This document shows, piece after piece, positions 53,505-64,000 of a stretch of 64,000 nt of DNA. The stretch covers positions 124,001-188,000 of IMG/VR virus record IMGVR_UViG_3300023174_002543; one strand, written 5' to 3'. Under the pieces are notes generated by a model. That model was not told the origin of the DNA. It ran no database searches and was given only the letters and a program-made list of their open reading frames with translations. Made by a program: the position numbers and the translations under genes. Position 1 is the first letter of the stretch. The number at the start of each line of letters is the position of its first letter.

Positions 53505-53738
53505 ATGTCAGCAACGATTCAATTTCCGTATTATAGTATGTATACTGATGTAGGCAATACTGCAATTCATGCTATTGTACTTACCGCTAAAAGTGCAAAA
53601 TTGTCTTGGGTTCAAACTTACAAGGCTTTGAGTGAATTGGCAAAAAGTGATCCTGACATGTTTGGTGAGGCAATGGATACAATGGTTCGTGAAATGGTTT
53701 ATGATGCAATTGGTTCTAGCGAAAACTTTTATCTGTAA
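53505..53738 (+). CDS. Hypothetical protein (early)
   Basis: AAGGAG RBS in a promoter cassette. Confidence 0.75.
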   Translation: MSATIQFPYYSMYTDVGNTAIHAIVLTAKSAKLSWVQTYKALSELAKSDPDMFGEAMDTMVREMVYDAIGSSENFYL

Positions 53739-53752
53739 TTAAAGGAAACAAA

Positions 53753-54019
53753 ATGAAAGCACTTCAAAAATACATCGACCAAAAAAATGCATGGAATGCA
53801 ATTTTCAAAGGTACTCAATATGAGATTAAGAGTGCCGAAGGTCGCAAACGTATTGCACAAAGTATTGATGCCGAACTGAGTCCGGAGAATTTGACCTGTG
53901 ACGGTGAACTTCCTCGTAGTCAAGTACAAGCCCGTTATCGTGCGTTGACTTCCGCGGCTAAGGATCTAATCAAATTGGATCCTAGTGTTGCACAATATAT
54001 GTATGAATTTTCGGAGTAA
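53753..54019 (+). CDS. Hypothetical protein (early)
   Basis: AAAGGA RBS; LSPENLTCDGE motif. Confidence 0.8.
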   Translation: MKALQKYIDQKNAWNAIFKGTQYEIKSAEGRKRIAQSIDAELSPENLTCDGELPRSQVQARYRALTSAAKDLIKLDPSVAQYMYEFSE

Positions 54020-54024
54020 TAATC

Positions 54025-54240
54025 ATGGAAAAAATTGCTATTATGATTGGGGCAATTGTCATTGCTATTGCAGGACTATTGTTACTTAGTTTCTTACTAA
54101 GTTGGCCGGTGTACATGCTTTGGAATGGTTGTTTGGTCGGAGCCGTTGCAGGAGTTAATGAAGTGTCCTGGCTGCAGGCTTGGGGAATTACGGTGTTGTT
54201 TGGATTTTTGTTTAAAACTACAGTGAGTAATTCAAAATGA
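54025..54240 (+). CDS. Small membrane protein
   Basis: Two hydrophobic segments; LWN...SW.QAWG. Confidence 0.75.
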   Translation: MEKIAIMIGAIVIAIAGLLLLSFLLSWPVYMLWNGCLVGAVAGVNEVSWLQAWGITVLFGFLFKTTVSNSK

Positions 54241-54399
54241 CCAATGCAGAGAAAATGAAATTGGCAATTGAAAAATTAGAAGAAGCCAGAGAACTAATGG
54301 CTGATGCATTTGATGATGAAGATTTTTTACAGAATCATGTTATTTTCATTGATACTATGATTGACGAAATAGGTTACTATATGGGTGAGGAGTTAGAAA

Positions 54400-54573
54400 A
54401 TGAGTAAAATGGCTGATTTGATGTTGGATGTTGAAATGATGATTGAACAGGGAACCCACCCTACTTTAATCGCTCAACGGCTTAATATACCTATTACTTG
54501 GGTGTATGATACACTTGAACAAATGGAACCAAATGAAGAAGAACTAAGTCCCTTTTCAACAATAAATTCATAA
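54400..54573 (+). CDS. Small helix-turn-helix-like protein, 57 aa (not in ORF track)
   Basis: GAGGAG RBS; G.HPTLIAQRLNIPITWVYDTL fits an HTH pattern. Confidence 0.6.
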   Translation: MSKMADLMLDVEMMIEQGTHPTLIAQRLNIPITWVYDTLEQMEPNEEELSPFSTINS

Positions 54574-54574
54574 A

Positions 54575-54599
54575 CAGGGCACTTCGGTGCTCTTTTTTA
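54575..54599 (+). terminator. Intrinsic terminator
   Basis: AGGGCAC-ttcg-GTGCTCT followed by T-run. Confidence 0.8.
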
Positions 54600-54662
54600 T
54601 TGACAAATTCCCTAGTATAGTATATACTAGCACTTGAAACAATTATTCGCTTAGAGGAAAAA

Positions 54663-55724
54663 ATGAGTTATTTTTTGAAGTCTGGTAATACCTATCGTGT
54701 TGCAAGTGATGAGGCAATGGACATTCATCGCAAACTGCCCGCCGGCAATTATGTTATTAAACTAAATGAAATGACAGGAGAATTATATTTGGAGGGTATT
54801 GATGATTTCAATATCCCAAGTAAAATCTATGGCAACTGCCTAAAGCATACAGATAAAATTCTTAGAACCTTTATGGATCGTGATAACGCAACTGGTGTAA
54901 TGATGACCGGTGAAAAAGGTAGTGGTAAAACATTGCTTACCAAGAATGTCTCTATTCAATTGGCTAAACAGGGTATCCCTACAATTGTTATCAATGCTCC
55001 CTGGAATGGTGATAAGTTTAACACATTTATTCAAAATATTGAACAGCCTTGCGCTATTCTGTTTGATGAATTTGAAAAGACTTATAATGAACGTGATGAG
55101 CAAGAAGCTATTCTGACATTGTTGGATGGTGTATTTCCAACTAAGAAGTTATTCATGTTGACTTGTAATGACAAGTGGCGTGTTGATTCTCACATGCGTA
55201 ATCGTCCAGGTCGTATCTATTACATGATTGACTTCAAAGGTTTGGATGCAGACTTCATCCGTCAATACTGTAATGATAATTTGGATAACAAGGTTCACAT
55301 TGAAACTATTGTTAACGTTGGTAGTTTGTTTGCCGAATTTAATTTTGATATGCTGAAAGCATTAGTTGAAGAAATGAATCGCTATAACGAATCTCCGCAA
55401 GAGGCATTGGAAATGCTTAACGCTAAGCCTGAGTTTGATAGTGGTACTGAGTACAGCGTTAAGATTGTACACAACGGTAAGGAAATCAAAGAAACTCGCC
55501 GAGATAAATTTGCAGGTAATCCACTACAACCAAAAGGTGTTGACATTGAGTTTGATAGTGATCCAGATAATGATGAAGGTGAGTACATTTGGAAGACTTT
55601 CAAGCCTGATGCATTGATTCACGTTGATGGTCGTAAAGGTGAGTTTACTTTCCAAGACAATGGAACCACTGTTACATTGACCAAAATCGAAAAGAAAGTG
55701 TACCATCTATACGATGCATTTTGA
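54663..55724 (+). CDS. AAA+ ATPase
   Basis: GEKGSGKT Walker A; ILFDEFEK Walker B; LTLLDG, TCN, RPGRI. Confidence 0.92.
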   Translation: MSYFLKSGNTYRVASDEAMDIHRKLPAGNYVIKLNEMTGELYLEGIDDFNIPSKIYGNCLKHTDKILRTFMDRDNATGVMMTGEKGSGKTLLTKNVSIQLAKQGIPTIVINAPWNGDKFNTFIQNIEQPCAILFDEFEKTYNERDEQEAILTLLDGVFPTKKLFMLTCNDKWRVDSHMRNRPGRIYYMIDFKGLDADFIRQYCNDNLDNKVHIETIVNVGSLFAEFNFDMLKALVEEMNRYNESPQEALEMLNAKPEFDSGTEYSVKIVHNGKEIKETRRDKFAGNPLQPKGVDIEFDSDPDNDEGEYIWKTFKPDALIHVDGRKGEFTFQDNGTTVTLTKIEKKVYHLYDAF

Positions 55725-55905
55725 TGGAGTTATGAATGTATAAATTTTTTGAATGGTGTAGATATTATCATACTGAGATTACATGGTTCATTATTGGTTT
55801 TTTAGTTTACGCTGGATTGGATGAACTAAGTCACGGTAATATTGTAGCCGCCCTAATAAATTTTGGTTTGGCTTTTTTAAATTATTCATTTTATAGAAAG
55901 AATTA

Positions 55906-58122
55906 ATGAGTCCAAATAGAATAGCAGAATTTGTAAAACCATTTCTTGTATTAATATCGGTTTTATTTGTATTAGTATTCTTTTATGGAGTACTTACTGG
56001 TGAAGATGATGATAATGATTTTACTGTCACCGTTGTCTATGATTGCAATACCGTATTGGCTAACAAGAATGACTATTCTAATAGTTTAGTTGACACTTGT
56101 GAAAGATTGCGGATAAGTTCTCTATGAATTCAAAAGAGGAAGTTATTTATAGTATGTGCGTAACATATCGCCCAGATTATGAAATAAGAAAAGAACCCAA
56201 TGATCCAAGTTGGCTAGTTGGAATGACAGAGGATGAAGCCAAAATGCTTTACAAAGTAATGGAATCATTGTATAATGATGACTTAGAGCCTGTATTAAAG
56301 AGAATGTTAAATCGCAATAACTTATTTGGAGAGAGAAATGCATCTTGCAGACGTAAACGAAAAACTAAATCATAAGATTGTCAGTGGTAGTGACTATACT
56401 TGGAACTGCTATCCCAATGCACGATATATGGAATATGAAAGTGAATATGCACATGTTTCAGTTATTTTTAGTACAGTAAACCAAGAAGTATATGAGGCTG
56501 AAGTTTCTGTTAAACGTGATGCATGGCCCAAAGATTCACGCCCATATCGTTGGTTAAATCCCGATAGTAAAGACTTTATGATTGCCGAAGCCGAACAACG
56601 TAGTATTGATTGGCAACAAGCATGGGACGATGTTAAGTGGATAGACTTGGACGTGGAACAAGACTTTTTTGAAAAAGCAGTTGCTATTTTTAATGGTGAA
56701 GAATTTGATACTCGTATTCAAGTGCCCGTAGATTTGGATGATGATGTGATGTTGAAACTGTGTATGGAAGCACACAAACGTGATATTACACTAAACAAAA
56801 TGGTTGAAGAAATTTTACAAAAAATGATTGACAAACATAATGAATAATATACTATATGGAATTTTTAATTGGATAAAAGATGATTACAAAAGCAATAGAC
56901 TACGTTTTTGTTTTGAGGTTTTGGCTTGGGCTATATCTATTGGCTGTGCTATCACTATGGCCGTCACCGTGCCTAATCCTCCTCTTCTCATCTTGTACCC
57001 AATTTGGATTGCAGGTTGTGCTATATACGCTGGGTGCGCTTATACTAGGCGTTCCTTTGGTATGCTTGCTAATTATGTCTTACTTACAACCATCGACGGA
57101 ATCGGACTCATAAGGATGTTAACATGAATGAAAAACACATTGTAAGATTACAAGAAGACCCTGTAACAGGAGATCTGATATTGCCCTTCCCTGAGGGCAT
57201 GTTAGAACAAATGGGATGGGATATCGGTGATACACTTAAATTTAAAACACACAAAGACGGTAGCTTTACCTTGACTAAAAAAGAAAAACAAGAAACACAA
57301 TGGGTGCTTGTTGAATGTGTCAGTACATTCCGTCAACGTTATATGGTTGAAGTACCTGTTGGTATTGACAAGTATGGCAAAGACAAAGCTGAATGGGCAT
57401 TAGATACTGTCACTATGCAGGAAGCCAAAGAGTTTAGTCAAGAATATATTGGTGAACAGATTGTTAGCCATCGTGTTGTCTCTAAAGAAGAAGCACTGGC
57501 ATTATGTGATAAAGACAATGATTATGGTAGTACCTGGCCCGAGGAGACAAAAATCAAAAACTTTTTTACAACTTGGAAAGAACAGGAAGAAGAATGAATA
57601 TCTCTACTGAATGGACAGATAAAGATTGGAACAAACTTGACAAGTGGTTGAGGGGAGTCCTGCAAACTGAAACAGTTACTGTAACTTTTACTAAGAAGGA
57701 TGGTACTGAACGTATAATGAATTGCACAACTAATCCTGATATTGTTCCTAAGGTTGAAGTTAAGGAAGATGCGAAGCCTCGCAAAGTATCAGAAACAACT
57801 ATGCGTGTGTTTGATACAGATATTAAAGAGTGGCGCAGTTTTACTACAAAATCGATTAAACATTTGAGTGTTACATTTGACTTTGGAGCAAAAGATGATA
57901 AGGTATGATGAAGATTGTAAAGTAACATGTGTTGATAATAAAGAAACTGTTACCGCAGAAGTATTAGAGTTTAGACCTCAATTATCGCTTAGTGTAAGCC
58001 TGCACCGTAGTATTAAATTGGTACTAAAGTATTCGACTAGTAGTGACGAGTACCAAGGTGATATGTACGGTAGAACTTTTGTTTCTAAAGGTCCTAAAGC
58101 CACTCATTACACTACCGGACGA
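55906..58122 (+). CDS. Run of small hypothetical genes (55906-56127, 56124-56375, 56338-56847, 56840-57127, 57124-57597, 57594-57908, 57895-58125)
   Basis: Translationally coupled. 57124 has an AbrB-like N-terminus (DLILPFPE.ML..GW..GD.L); 57594 resembles the T4 WYL-like family (VTFTKKDGTERIM.CT...WRSF); 56840 is a membrane protein. Confidence 0.7.
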
Positions 58123-58163
58123 TAACGGTTGACAATAAATACGGGTTGTGCTATACTACTCGT

Positions 58164-58783
58164 ATGAAAAATAAAACACTATCTTTCACTATTGAACAAC
58201 CCAAACACAGGGCTCACCGTGTATTATTCCAAGAAAATACACCTTTCAAACCTAAGGTTGTGCAAAGCAAAATTGTGTACAATCGTAAACCTAAACATAA
58301 AGGAAATCAAAATGAGTATTAAAACAAAAGCACTACTTCAGGCAGTCGCCGCAGTTGTATTAATTATTGGCACTTCAATGGGCACAATTTATTTATTGTC
58401 TATGCTAGATCCACAAGCACCTGCTATTGTTAGTATTGGAATGCTACTGGGTGTGTTTCTATACATGACGTATGGTTTTATTCTAAATCGATTAGAATCA
58501 AAAGAAATTTTAGATAAACTTAATTCAACCAAATAAGCAAGGAGTCAACATGACTACAGGTGTATGTCCGGTCTGTAATGGAACTGGAAAAGATGAAAAC
58601 GACCGCGAATGTAGGAATTGCGGCGGGCAACAAATGTATGGTAGGGCTACTGGTAAAGTCAATTTACGACAAGATGGAACTCCATGTAAACATGAATACA
58701 CAAGTACTAATATTGGTCGTTGTCTAACTGCATACAAATGTATTCATTGTTCTTATAAATTTGACATTGATTCAGGCGACTAA
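58164..58783 (+). CDS. Three small early genes (58164-58322 basic, 58312-58536 membrane, 58550-58783 Zn-finger)
   Basis: First ATG 6 nt after the -10 box; last ORF has CPVCNGTG, CRNCGG, CKH and CIHC. Confidence 0.65.
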
Positions 58784-58850
58784 AAGGTTGACAATAAATC
58801 ACTTTGGGTATATAATAGAGTCTTATTCAGTTGATTAAAGGAGTTTTCAA

Positions 58851-59153
58851 ATGGAACGTCTTACACAAATCCAGCAAGTAAATCAAGCAATTATGTTTGG
58901 TAATTTCACTAATACAGAACTTGATAGCATCATCTCCGCAATTAAATTTGCTCGTTCAGGCATTGCTAAACAAAACAAGCAAGCCATGACAATTGGATCG
59001 ATTGTCAAATTTACAAGTAGCCGTTCTGGTGCTACTATCACGGGTACTGTGAAAAAGATAAACAGAAAATACATCCTTGTAAATGAACAAAAAGCAGGCA
59101 GTCTAATTGGTTCAACTTGGAGAGTCCCTGCTAACATGCTAGAAGTTGCGTAA
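58851..59153 (+). CDS. Hypothetical protein (SH3-like C-terminus)
   Basis: AAGGAG RBS; G..VKF......TG.VKKINRK...W.VP..ML. Confidence 0.8.
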   Translation: MERLTQIQQVNQAIMFGNFTNTELDSIISAIKFARSGIAKQNKQAMTIGSIVKFTSSRSGATITGTVKKINRKYILVNEQKAGSLIGSTWRVPANMLEVA

Positions 59154-59230
59154 AAACAACAGACCCAAATTTGACAATAAATCAATTTGGGTATATAATA
59201 TAGTCTTGTTCAGTTGATAAAGGATCTCAG

Positions 59231-59431
59231 ATGGCTTATGTCTCTTACAAAACAAATCAAAATTATGGTCCTCGTAAGGGCTTAGAAGGTCCTTTTCAAT
59301 ATCCAAATGGTCAGGTATTGTATTATGACCCTAAAGAAGGGGCATACTATGATCCATCTACAGACTTTTATGTCCCTGATCAGGATGTTGCAGAATTACA
59401 ACGGTCTATCTTTGACATTTTGCGTAAATAA
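59231..59431 (+). CDS. Hypothetical protein
   Basis: GLEGPF.Y.NG.VLYYDPKEG.YYDP.TDFY. Confidence 0.8.
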   Translation: MAYVSYKTNQNYGPRKGLEGPFQYPNGQVLYYDPKEGAYYDPSTDFYVPDQDVAELQRSIFDILRK

Positions 59432-59501
59432 TCCAAAGGTTGACAATAAATCACTTTGGGTATATAATAGAATCTTAAACAGTCGAAACAAGGAGTAACA
59501 A

Positions 59502-59912
59502 ATGGCTTATATGTCTCAGGAACGCAAATCAGAAATCGCCCCTAAAGTTAAATCCATTCTTAACAAGTTTGGTATCAAGGGCTCACTGAGTGTCCGTCAT
59601 CATTCTACATTGTCACTGACCTTGAAGTCAGGTAAAATTGACTTTATCGCAAACTCCAATCGTGTGTGTGGATCCGATCACTACCAAGTCGCACGTGGTT
59701 TCAAGCCTAATTCAAGTAATTATGACTCTATCAACCCTTACTGGTTCCATGAACATTACGACGGTGATGCTAAGGCATTTCTCACCGAAGTGTTGGAAGC
59801 AATGAACGATGGTAATTGGGACAAGAGCGATATCCAATCCGATTACTTTAACGTAGGTTGGTATGTTGAAGTGCATATCGGTAAATGGAACAAGCCCTAC
59901 ATTGTGGGCTAA
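59502..59912 (+). CDS. Hypothetical protein
   Basis: AAGGAG RBS; DIQSDYFNVGWY. Confidence 0.8.
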   Translation: MAYMSQERKSEIAPKVKSILNKFGIKGSLSVRHHSTLSLTLKSGKIDFIANSNRVCGSDHYQVARGFKPNSSNYDSINPYWFHEHYDGDAKAFLTEVLEAMNDGNWDKSDIQSDYFNVGWYVEVHIGKWNKPYIVG

Positions 59913-60029
59913 TCAACAAGATTTTGGTAACACAAATGGTTGACAATAAAGACTGTTTGTGTTATCATTATAACTGTGCTGAAAAGCATAAATTTTTTAA
60001 CTTAACTTAATTTTCAAAGGAAAATCAAA

Positions 60030-60395
60030 ATGGCAAAAGACACTTTCAAAGTAGCCGGCATTACTGTTCACAATGGTAACGCTAAAGTTCGTTTTACTGA
60101 TGACATGGTCCGTCGTGTCAAACAATTCGGTAAAGGTGGTGCAACTCGTATTGACTTGGTTGAATTGCCGAGCGAGATGACTAAGGTTGAGGCATTGAAG
60201 TATTTGCAGGCGCATACAGACTTTCAAAGTGCTGATGACCAAGCATTGATTAGTGACAGTCTAGCAGACCGTGAGAAGGCTCCTAAAGCTGTTAAAGTTA
60301 AAGTTACTAAGGCAAACAAGCCTAGCATGGCAAGTATTAAAGCCAAAGCTACTGCTAAGAAAGCAGAAACTACAGAAACAGAAACTACTGTTTGA
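60030..60395 (+). CDS. Hypothetical protein with Lys/Ala-rich (histone-like) tail
   Basis: KAPKAVKVKVTKANKP...KAKATAKKA; followed by hairpin AGGGGC-gcaat-GCCCCT. Confidence 0.75.
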   Translation: MAKDTFKVAGITVHNGNAKVRFTDDMVRRVKQFGKGGATRIDLVELPSEMTKVEALKYLQAHTDFQSADDQALISDSLADREKAPKAVKVKVTKANKPSMASIKAKATAKKAETTETETTV

Positions 60396-60438
60396 TGTAT
60401 AAGGGGCGCAATGCCCCTATTACCTTTAAGGAAATAAA

Positions 60439-60848
60439 ATGCAAGTATCAGATAAATTATCTAAATCAAATGATAACGTAAACGTATATTTTTACGATAA
60501 CGGTTTCATGGTTGAAGTGTCCGGTCAGGATCATAATGACGATTGGAAGACTGCAAAAATTATGTGCAATACACTAGATGAAGTTATGGCTGTCATCAAG
60601 GAAGCACATGAAATGGAACGCAATTAATGAACTTTGATAGCTGGACTAGACTAAGCGACTTTGCTAACAGGCGCCATCGGTTTGATCCTAATAGCAAAGA
60701 AGATTTAAAAGAGTTTTCTTATTTTAAGAAACACAGTCGATGGCGTGACACTTGTCCATTCTTTTTAGAATGGCCCTATCAGGATATCTCTACAATGTGC
60801 AATTCAAAGTATGCAGATTTCATGTTAACAAAACTTACTAAGAAATAA
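60439..60848 (+). CDS. Two small hypothetical genes (60439-60627, 60627-60848)
   Basis: AAGGA RBS; TAATG coupling. Confidence 0.7.
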
Positions 60849-60875
60849 AAAAGCCCCTTACATGGGGCTTTTTTT
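60848..60875. terminator. Bidirectional terminator between convergent blocks
   Basis: AAAAAGCCCC-ttacat-GGGGCTTTTTT. Confidence 0.9.
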
Positions 60876-62460
60876 ATGTTAATGTAGCATAATGCCAATC
60901 ACCACCATAGTAGATACCTATTCTATTATTAGCACTATCAATAGCAAACGTACCGTTAATAGGAGTACCGGTCGGCATACCTAAACTTTGTACTAAGAAG
61001 CCTTTGAAAGCCGGCAAACCAAAAGTACTTCCACCAACAAACATATTACCTACTGTATACTGACTACCAAACATGGTATATGATGTTGTACTCAAACTGA
61101 TAATATTTGCATTTGCACTAATGATGTTACCATTTGTGTATCCATATAATTCTTTTATAGTAGCATTTCCTGAGGTAGTTATGCTTGTTAATGTACCCAC
61201 ACTAGTAATATTAGGTTGTGATGCAACCGTTACAGTACCTGATGTAGTGGAATTATCGACTGTACCAGTTACATTAGCACCAGTAATACTAGTCAATAAA
61301 CTACCGTTACCAGTGAAATAGTTACTTGTTGTTAAGTTACCTAAGGTAGCATTAGACGCTTTTAGATTGCCACTTACGTTTGCAAAATTAGTTATTGATA
61401 AATTATTACCACCTATGTTACCGGTTACTGTAACGTTAGAACTGACTGATACATTAGTAAATGTACCATTAGCAGGAGTTGTGCCACCTATGATACCATT
61501 AACATTGCCTGTTAAATTACCACTTAATGATGTTGCACCAAATGTACCAGTTAATGAAAGGTTACCTGCGCTGATATTACCTGTAGTAATAATATTACCT
61601 ACAGTTAAATTACCTGTTGCTGACATAGGACCAGTGCTAACTATATTAGCGCCGGTTACTTTTGTAAATACTGCATTCGCAGGTAGTTCTATACTTAAAG
61701 TACCACTGCTTGTTATTGGACTACCGGTGATAGTTAGTGACTGACTTTGTACATCAATGCGTGTTACAGTACCAACACTTGGATTAATGCCTGAAATTGT
61801 AATTGCACCTGTGTTGCCACTCAATGAAATACCCGGGCCTGCAGTTAGCTTAGTTACTCCGGTGTTAGTTATACTAATAGTACCGGAATCAATGATCGGG
61901 CTACCTGCAATACCAATACCATCGCCGGCAGTAACTGCTACCCTAGTAACTGTACCGGATGTACTTATATTACTAATACCTACAATACGACCATATTGGT
62001 CAATGGTTAATGTTGGGCTAACATATGTACCGGGATTAAAATCAGCACTTGTTGGAATAGCAGGCAATTCAATAGAAATAATACCACGACTAATAATTGG
62101 ACTACCGCTAATGTTCAATGTAGTACTACGAATACCAACGTTAGTCACACCTGCTACTACACCACTTAAACTACCACTGACACTTATAGTTACGTTTCCG
62201 TTACTATTATCCAATGTAATACCTGTACCGGATGTAAGTTTAGTAACCCCTGTATTAAGTATGCTTAGTGAATTGGCACTGGGATTAGTTACTAATATGC
62301 CAGTACTGCCCGTGACGGTTAAATACGGGCTAGAATTGGTGAATAGATTTTCAAAGTTTGTTTCTACTTTAGTAAAGGCGGTATATAAATCATCAGAACC
62401 CGTAGCCTGATTTTGTACCCCTACATTAATTATTTGTCTTCCTGGAATTGTATCTGCCAT
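60874..62460 (-). CDS. Virion structural/fibre protein with a T4 gp9/gp10-like N-terminal motif
   Basis: INVG.QNQATGSDDLYTAFTKV.TNFE.L; repeated TGVT.L..G.GI.L and GNIT beta-repeats. Confidence 0.75.
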   Translation of the reverse strand: MADTIPGRQIINVGVQNQATGSDDLYTAFTKVETNFENLFTNSSPYLTVTGSTGILVTNPSANSLSILNTGVTKLTSGTGITLDNSNGNVTISVSGSLSGVVAGVTNVGIRSTTLNISGSPIISRGIISIELPAIPTSADFNPGTYVSPTLTIDQYGRIVGISNISTSGTVTRVAVTAGDGIGIAGSPIIDSGTISITNTGVTKLTAGPGISLSGNTGAITISGINPSVGTVTRIDVQSQSLTITGSPITSSGTLSIELPANAVFTKVTGANIVSTGPMSATGNLTVGNIITTGNISAGNLSLTGTFGATSLSGNLTGNVNGIIGGTTPANGTFTNVSVSSNVTVTGNIGGNNLSITNFANVSGNLKASNATLGNLTTSNYFTGNGSLLTSITGANVTGTVDNSTTSGTVTVASQPNITSVGTLTSITTSGNATIKELYGYTNGNIISANANIISLSTTSYTMFGSQYTVGNMFVGGSTFGLPAFKGFLVQSLGMPTGTPINGTFAIDSANNRIGIYYGGDWHYATLT

Positions 62461-62491
62461 TTTATCACCCTATTGAGTATTTATCTTAAAT

Positions 62492-62815
62492 CTAAACGCT
62501 AAATGAACTTCCGCATCCACATGTACTTACCGTATTGGGATTGCTTATCTTAAATTCCGACCCCATTAAGTCCTCTGTATAATCAATTTCCGCGCCTTGC
62601 ACATATTGAGCCGACATTGAGTCAACCAGGACACTTGTGGAACCTATCTCAAATTCAAAGTCATCTTCGTTTTTCATTTCATCTAGTGTAAAGCCATAAC
62701 TAAATCCAGCACATCCTCCACCTTGCACAAACATACGTAGTTTGAGATCAGGATTGTTTTCCTCTGCTAAAATATCTGCTATCTTAACTTGTGCTGATTG
62801 TGTTATTGTTATCAT
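62492..62815 (-). CDS. erpA: A-type Fe-S cluster carrier (ErpA/IscA, HesB family)
   Basis: [32 protein letters not shown]...TCGCGSSF. Confidence 0.93.
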   Translation of the reverse strand: MITITQSAQVKIADILAEENNPDLKLRMFVQGGGCAGFSYGFTLDEMKNEDDFEFEIGSTSVLVDSMSAQYVQGAEIDYTEDLMGSEFKISNPNTVSTCGCGSSFSV

Positions 62816-63357
62816 ATATATCCTCTTACTTTATCAAAGAAACTTGGTTTATTTACTTCTGGACCTTTTACGTCACCATGACGTTTATGTTGGCTAGCAT
62901 AATCATAGTACTTACCAACAACATCAAATCCTGGTTTAAAGAATATAGCTGCGGGTGGTCTGCTCATACGTAACATACCTACACGTTCTTTACCTTCTGG
63001 TGCAGTAACAATACCCTTTGTATTGTAGTCAACTTTTTGCAACCATGCATTGGGTTTTAACTTCACAAGCCAGACGTATGGATGCTCCCCGGCAAACAAA
63101 CTATCTGCATTAATATATTCTTTTAAGGGATAGAACCAAAGAGCCGGACGTCCCTTCCCTGCACCGATATAGTCTACACTAAAGTCAGGATCTTCTAGGT
63201 CGGGACTACGACCAAACTTTTGTTTTGCACTGAATGCTAATTGGTCCAATCTAGTGAAACGCACAAAGTATTCACCAGAACCATGTTTACGTACATCACG
63301 CATAATTTGATCCTTGATGCTGACCTTGGCTTCAGTAATAAATTCAGTAGCTCTCAT
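62812..63357 (-). CDS. Hypothetical protein with an [10 protein letters not shown]-terminus
   Basis: 181-aa ORF; N-terminal motif typical of phage head-packaged proteins (inference). Confidence 0.7.
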   Translation of the reverse strand: MRATEFITEAKVSIKDQIMRDVRKHGSGEYFVRFTRLDQLAFSAKQKFGRSPDLEDPDFSVDYIGAGKGRPALWFYPLKEYINADSLFAGEHPYVWLVKLKPNAWLQKVDYNTKGIVTAPEGKERVGMLRMSRPPAAIFFKPGFDVVGKYYDYASQHKRHGDVKGPEVNKPSFFDKVRGYI

Positions 63358-63361
63358 TATT

Positions 63362-64000
63362 TTATTTCTTTATAGGTTTCCAATGGAATATAATCATACC
63401 CATATTAGGATATTCTTCATGTTGCCATTTTGGTCCTAATATATTCTGAATTACTGGGACGAAATATTTACGATACAAACTAGCACGGTTATCGCCTTTG
63501 GCAGTAAATGATATAGCCGGCGGCCGAGCCTTAGCCATGTATTCAGGCAACTGCTTTTTAACAATATTGAGAACTGTGCTTAATATCTTAATCGTTGATT
63601 TACTAGCCGAAGTAGGCATCTCGGGTGCATCATAATCTCCATTCACTGTAAACGTAATATGTAATGTGTCATTAAATTCACTACGGTCAAAGAATACATC
63701 TACCCAATGATTATCTACTGTAGAATGAAATAGGCTGCGCTTTCTTTTGTTATTGGGTTTATATTCACTAGGACTATCACCTAATTCAGTAAGTTGTTTT
63801 TGTGGTTTGATACGTGTTAATGTATAGATCGCGGCACTGGGATAATCTTTTCTTGTCAAATCGTAACCGGTACCAGTGATATATCTTTGAAGCATTCTAT
63901 CATACAGTCTAGCTCTACTGCCTGTAGGGTCATCATCTTTTTCTGCACTGAAATTCAACATCACCGGTTTACGCTTGGCAATGAATTGTTGCATGGCAGT
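63362..64000 (-). CDS. Hypothetical protein with two tandem repeated domains, probably truncated by the right edge
   Basis: Frame is open to the edge; [FY].AK..P...[NS]F.A...SR..LY occurs twice. Confidence 0.65.
   Translation of the reverse strand, partial: TAMQQFIAKRKPVMLNFSAEKDDDPTGSRARLYDRMLQRYITGTGYDLTRKDYPSAAIYTLTRIKPQKQLTELGDSPSEYKPNNKRKRSLFHSTVDNHWVDVFFDRSEFNDTLHITFTVNGDYDAPEMPTSASKSTIKILSTVLNIVKKQLPEYMAKARPPAISFTAKGDNRASLYRKYFVPVIQNILGPKWQHEEYPNMGMIIFHWKPIKK

Larger units (their letters stand above)
50463..59968 (+). repeat. Family of repeated early sigma70 promoter cassettes
   Basis: TTGACAATAAAT-N-GGGTATA[TC]AAT-type promoters at 50463, 50760, 51244, 53444, 58129, 58788, 59171, 59440 and 59940; variant at 54600. 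Copies at 53444 and 58788 are nearly identical through the RBS. Confidence 0.85.

Noticed and set aside
61073-62410. Plus-strand ORFs of 82-217 aa
   Set aside because: Antisense shadows of the G/T/N-rich structural gene 60874-62460.

Overview
This window is a fragment of a large, AT-rich, T4-like tailed phage (Caudoviricetes). The host is probably a Proteobacterium, inferred from phage copies of RpoZ, ErpA, parvulin, glutaredoxin and a PbpG/DacC-like enzyme. Layout, left to right: (i) a giant LamG-repeat virion/adhesin-like protein of at least 4796 aa, cut by the left edge; (ii) class Ia ribonucleotide reductase nrdA/nrdB, glutaredoxin, a PAAR spike tip and a SleB-type hydrolase; (iii) a cluster of modification enzymes (FkbM methyltransferase, QueC-like, 2OG-Fe(II) oxygenases, glycosyltransferase-like, SGNH-like); (iv) a 16-kb stable-RNA hub (30.5-46.3 kb) with 33 tRNAs covering all 20 amino acids, 2 atypical tRNA-like elements, and many structured non-coding elements; (v) an early region of small genes behind near-identical sigma70 promoter cassettes; (vi) reverse-strand structural and Fe-S genes. 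The most striking observations are: (1) the giant protein's LamG cores and their completing strands are arranged like matched parentheses, implying nested, branched domain insertion; (2) a GOLLD-like RNA of about 860 nt with a CCA-less tRNA-Lys inserted in a hairpin loop; (3) a family of long-stem 'clamp' RNAs that pair with tRNA ACCA ends or form mutually exclusive stems; (4) an attenuator-like leader at the head of the tRNA array; (5) non-canonical tRNAs (8/4 Ser, long-arm Ile-UAU) and a phage RNAP omega subunit. All calls were made by eye with no database searches; family names for ncRNAs and weak protein folds need confirmation.
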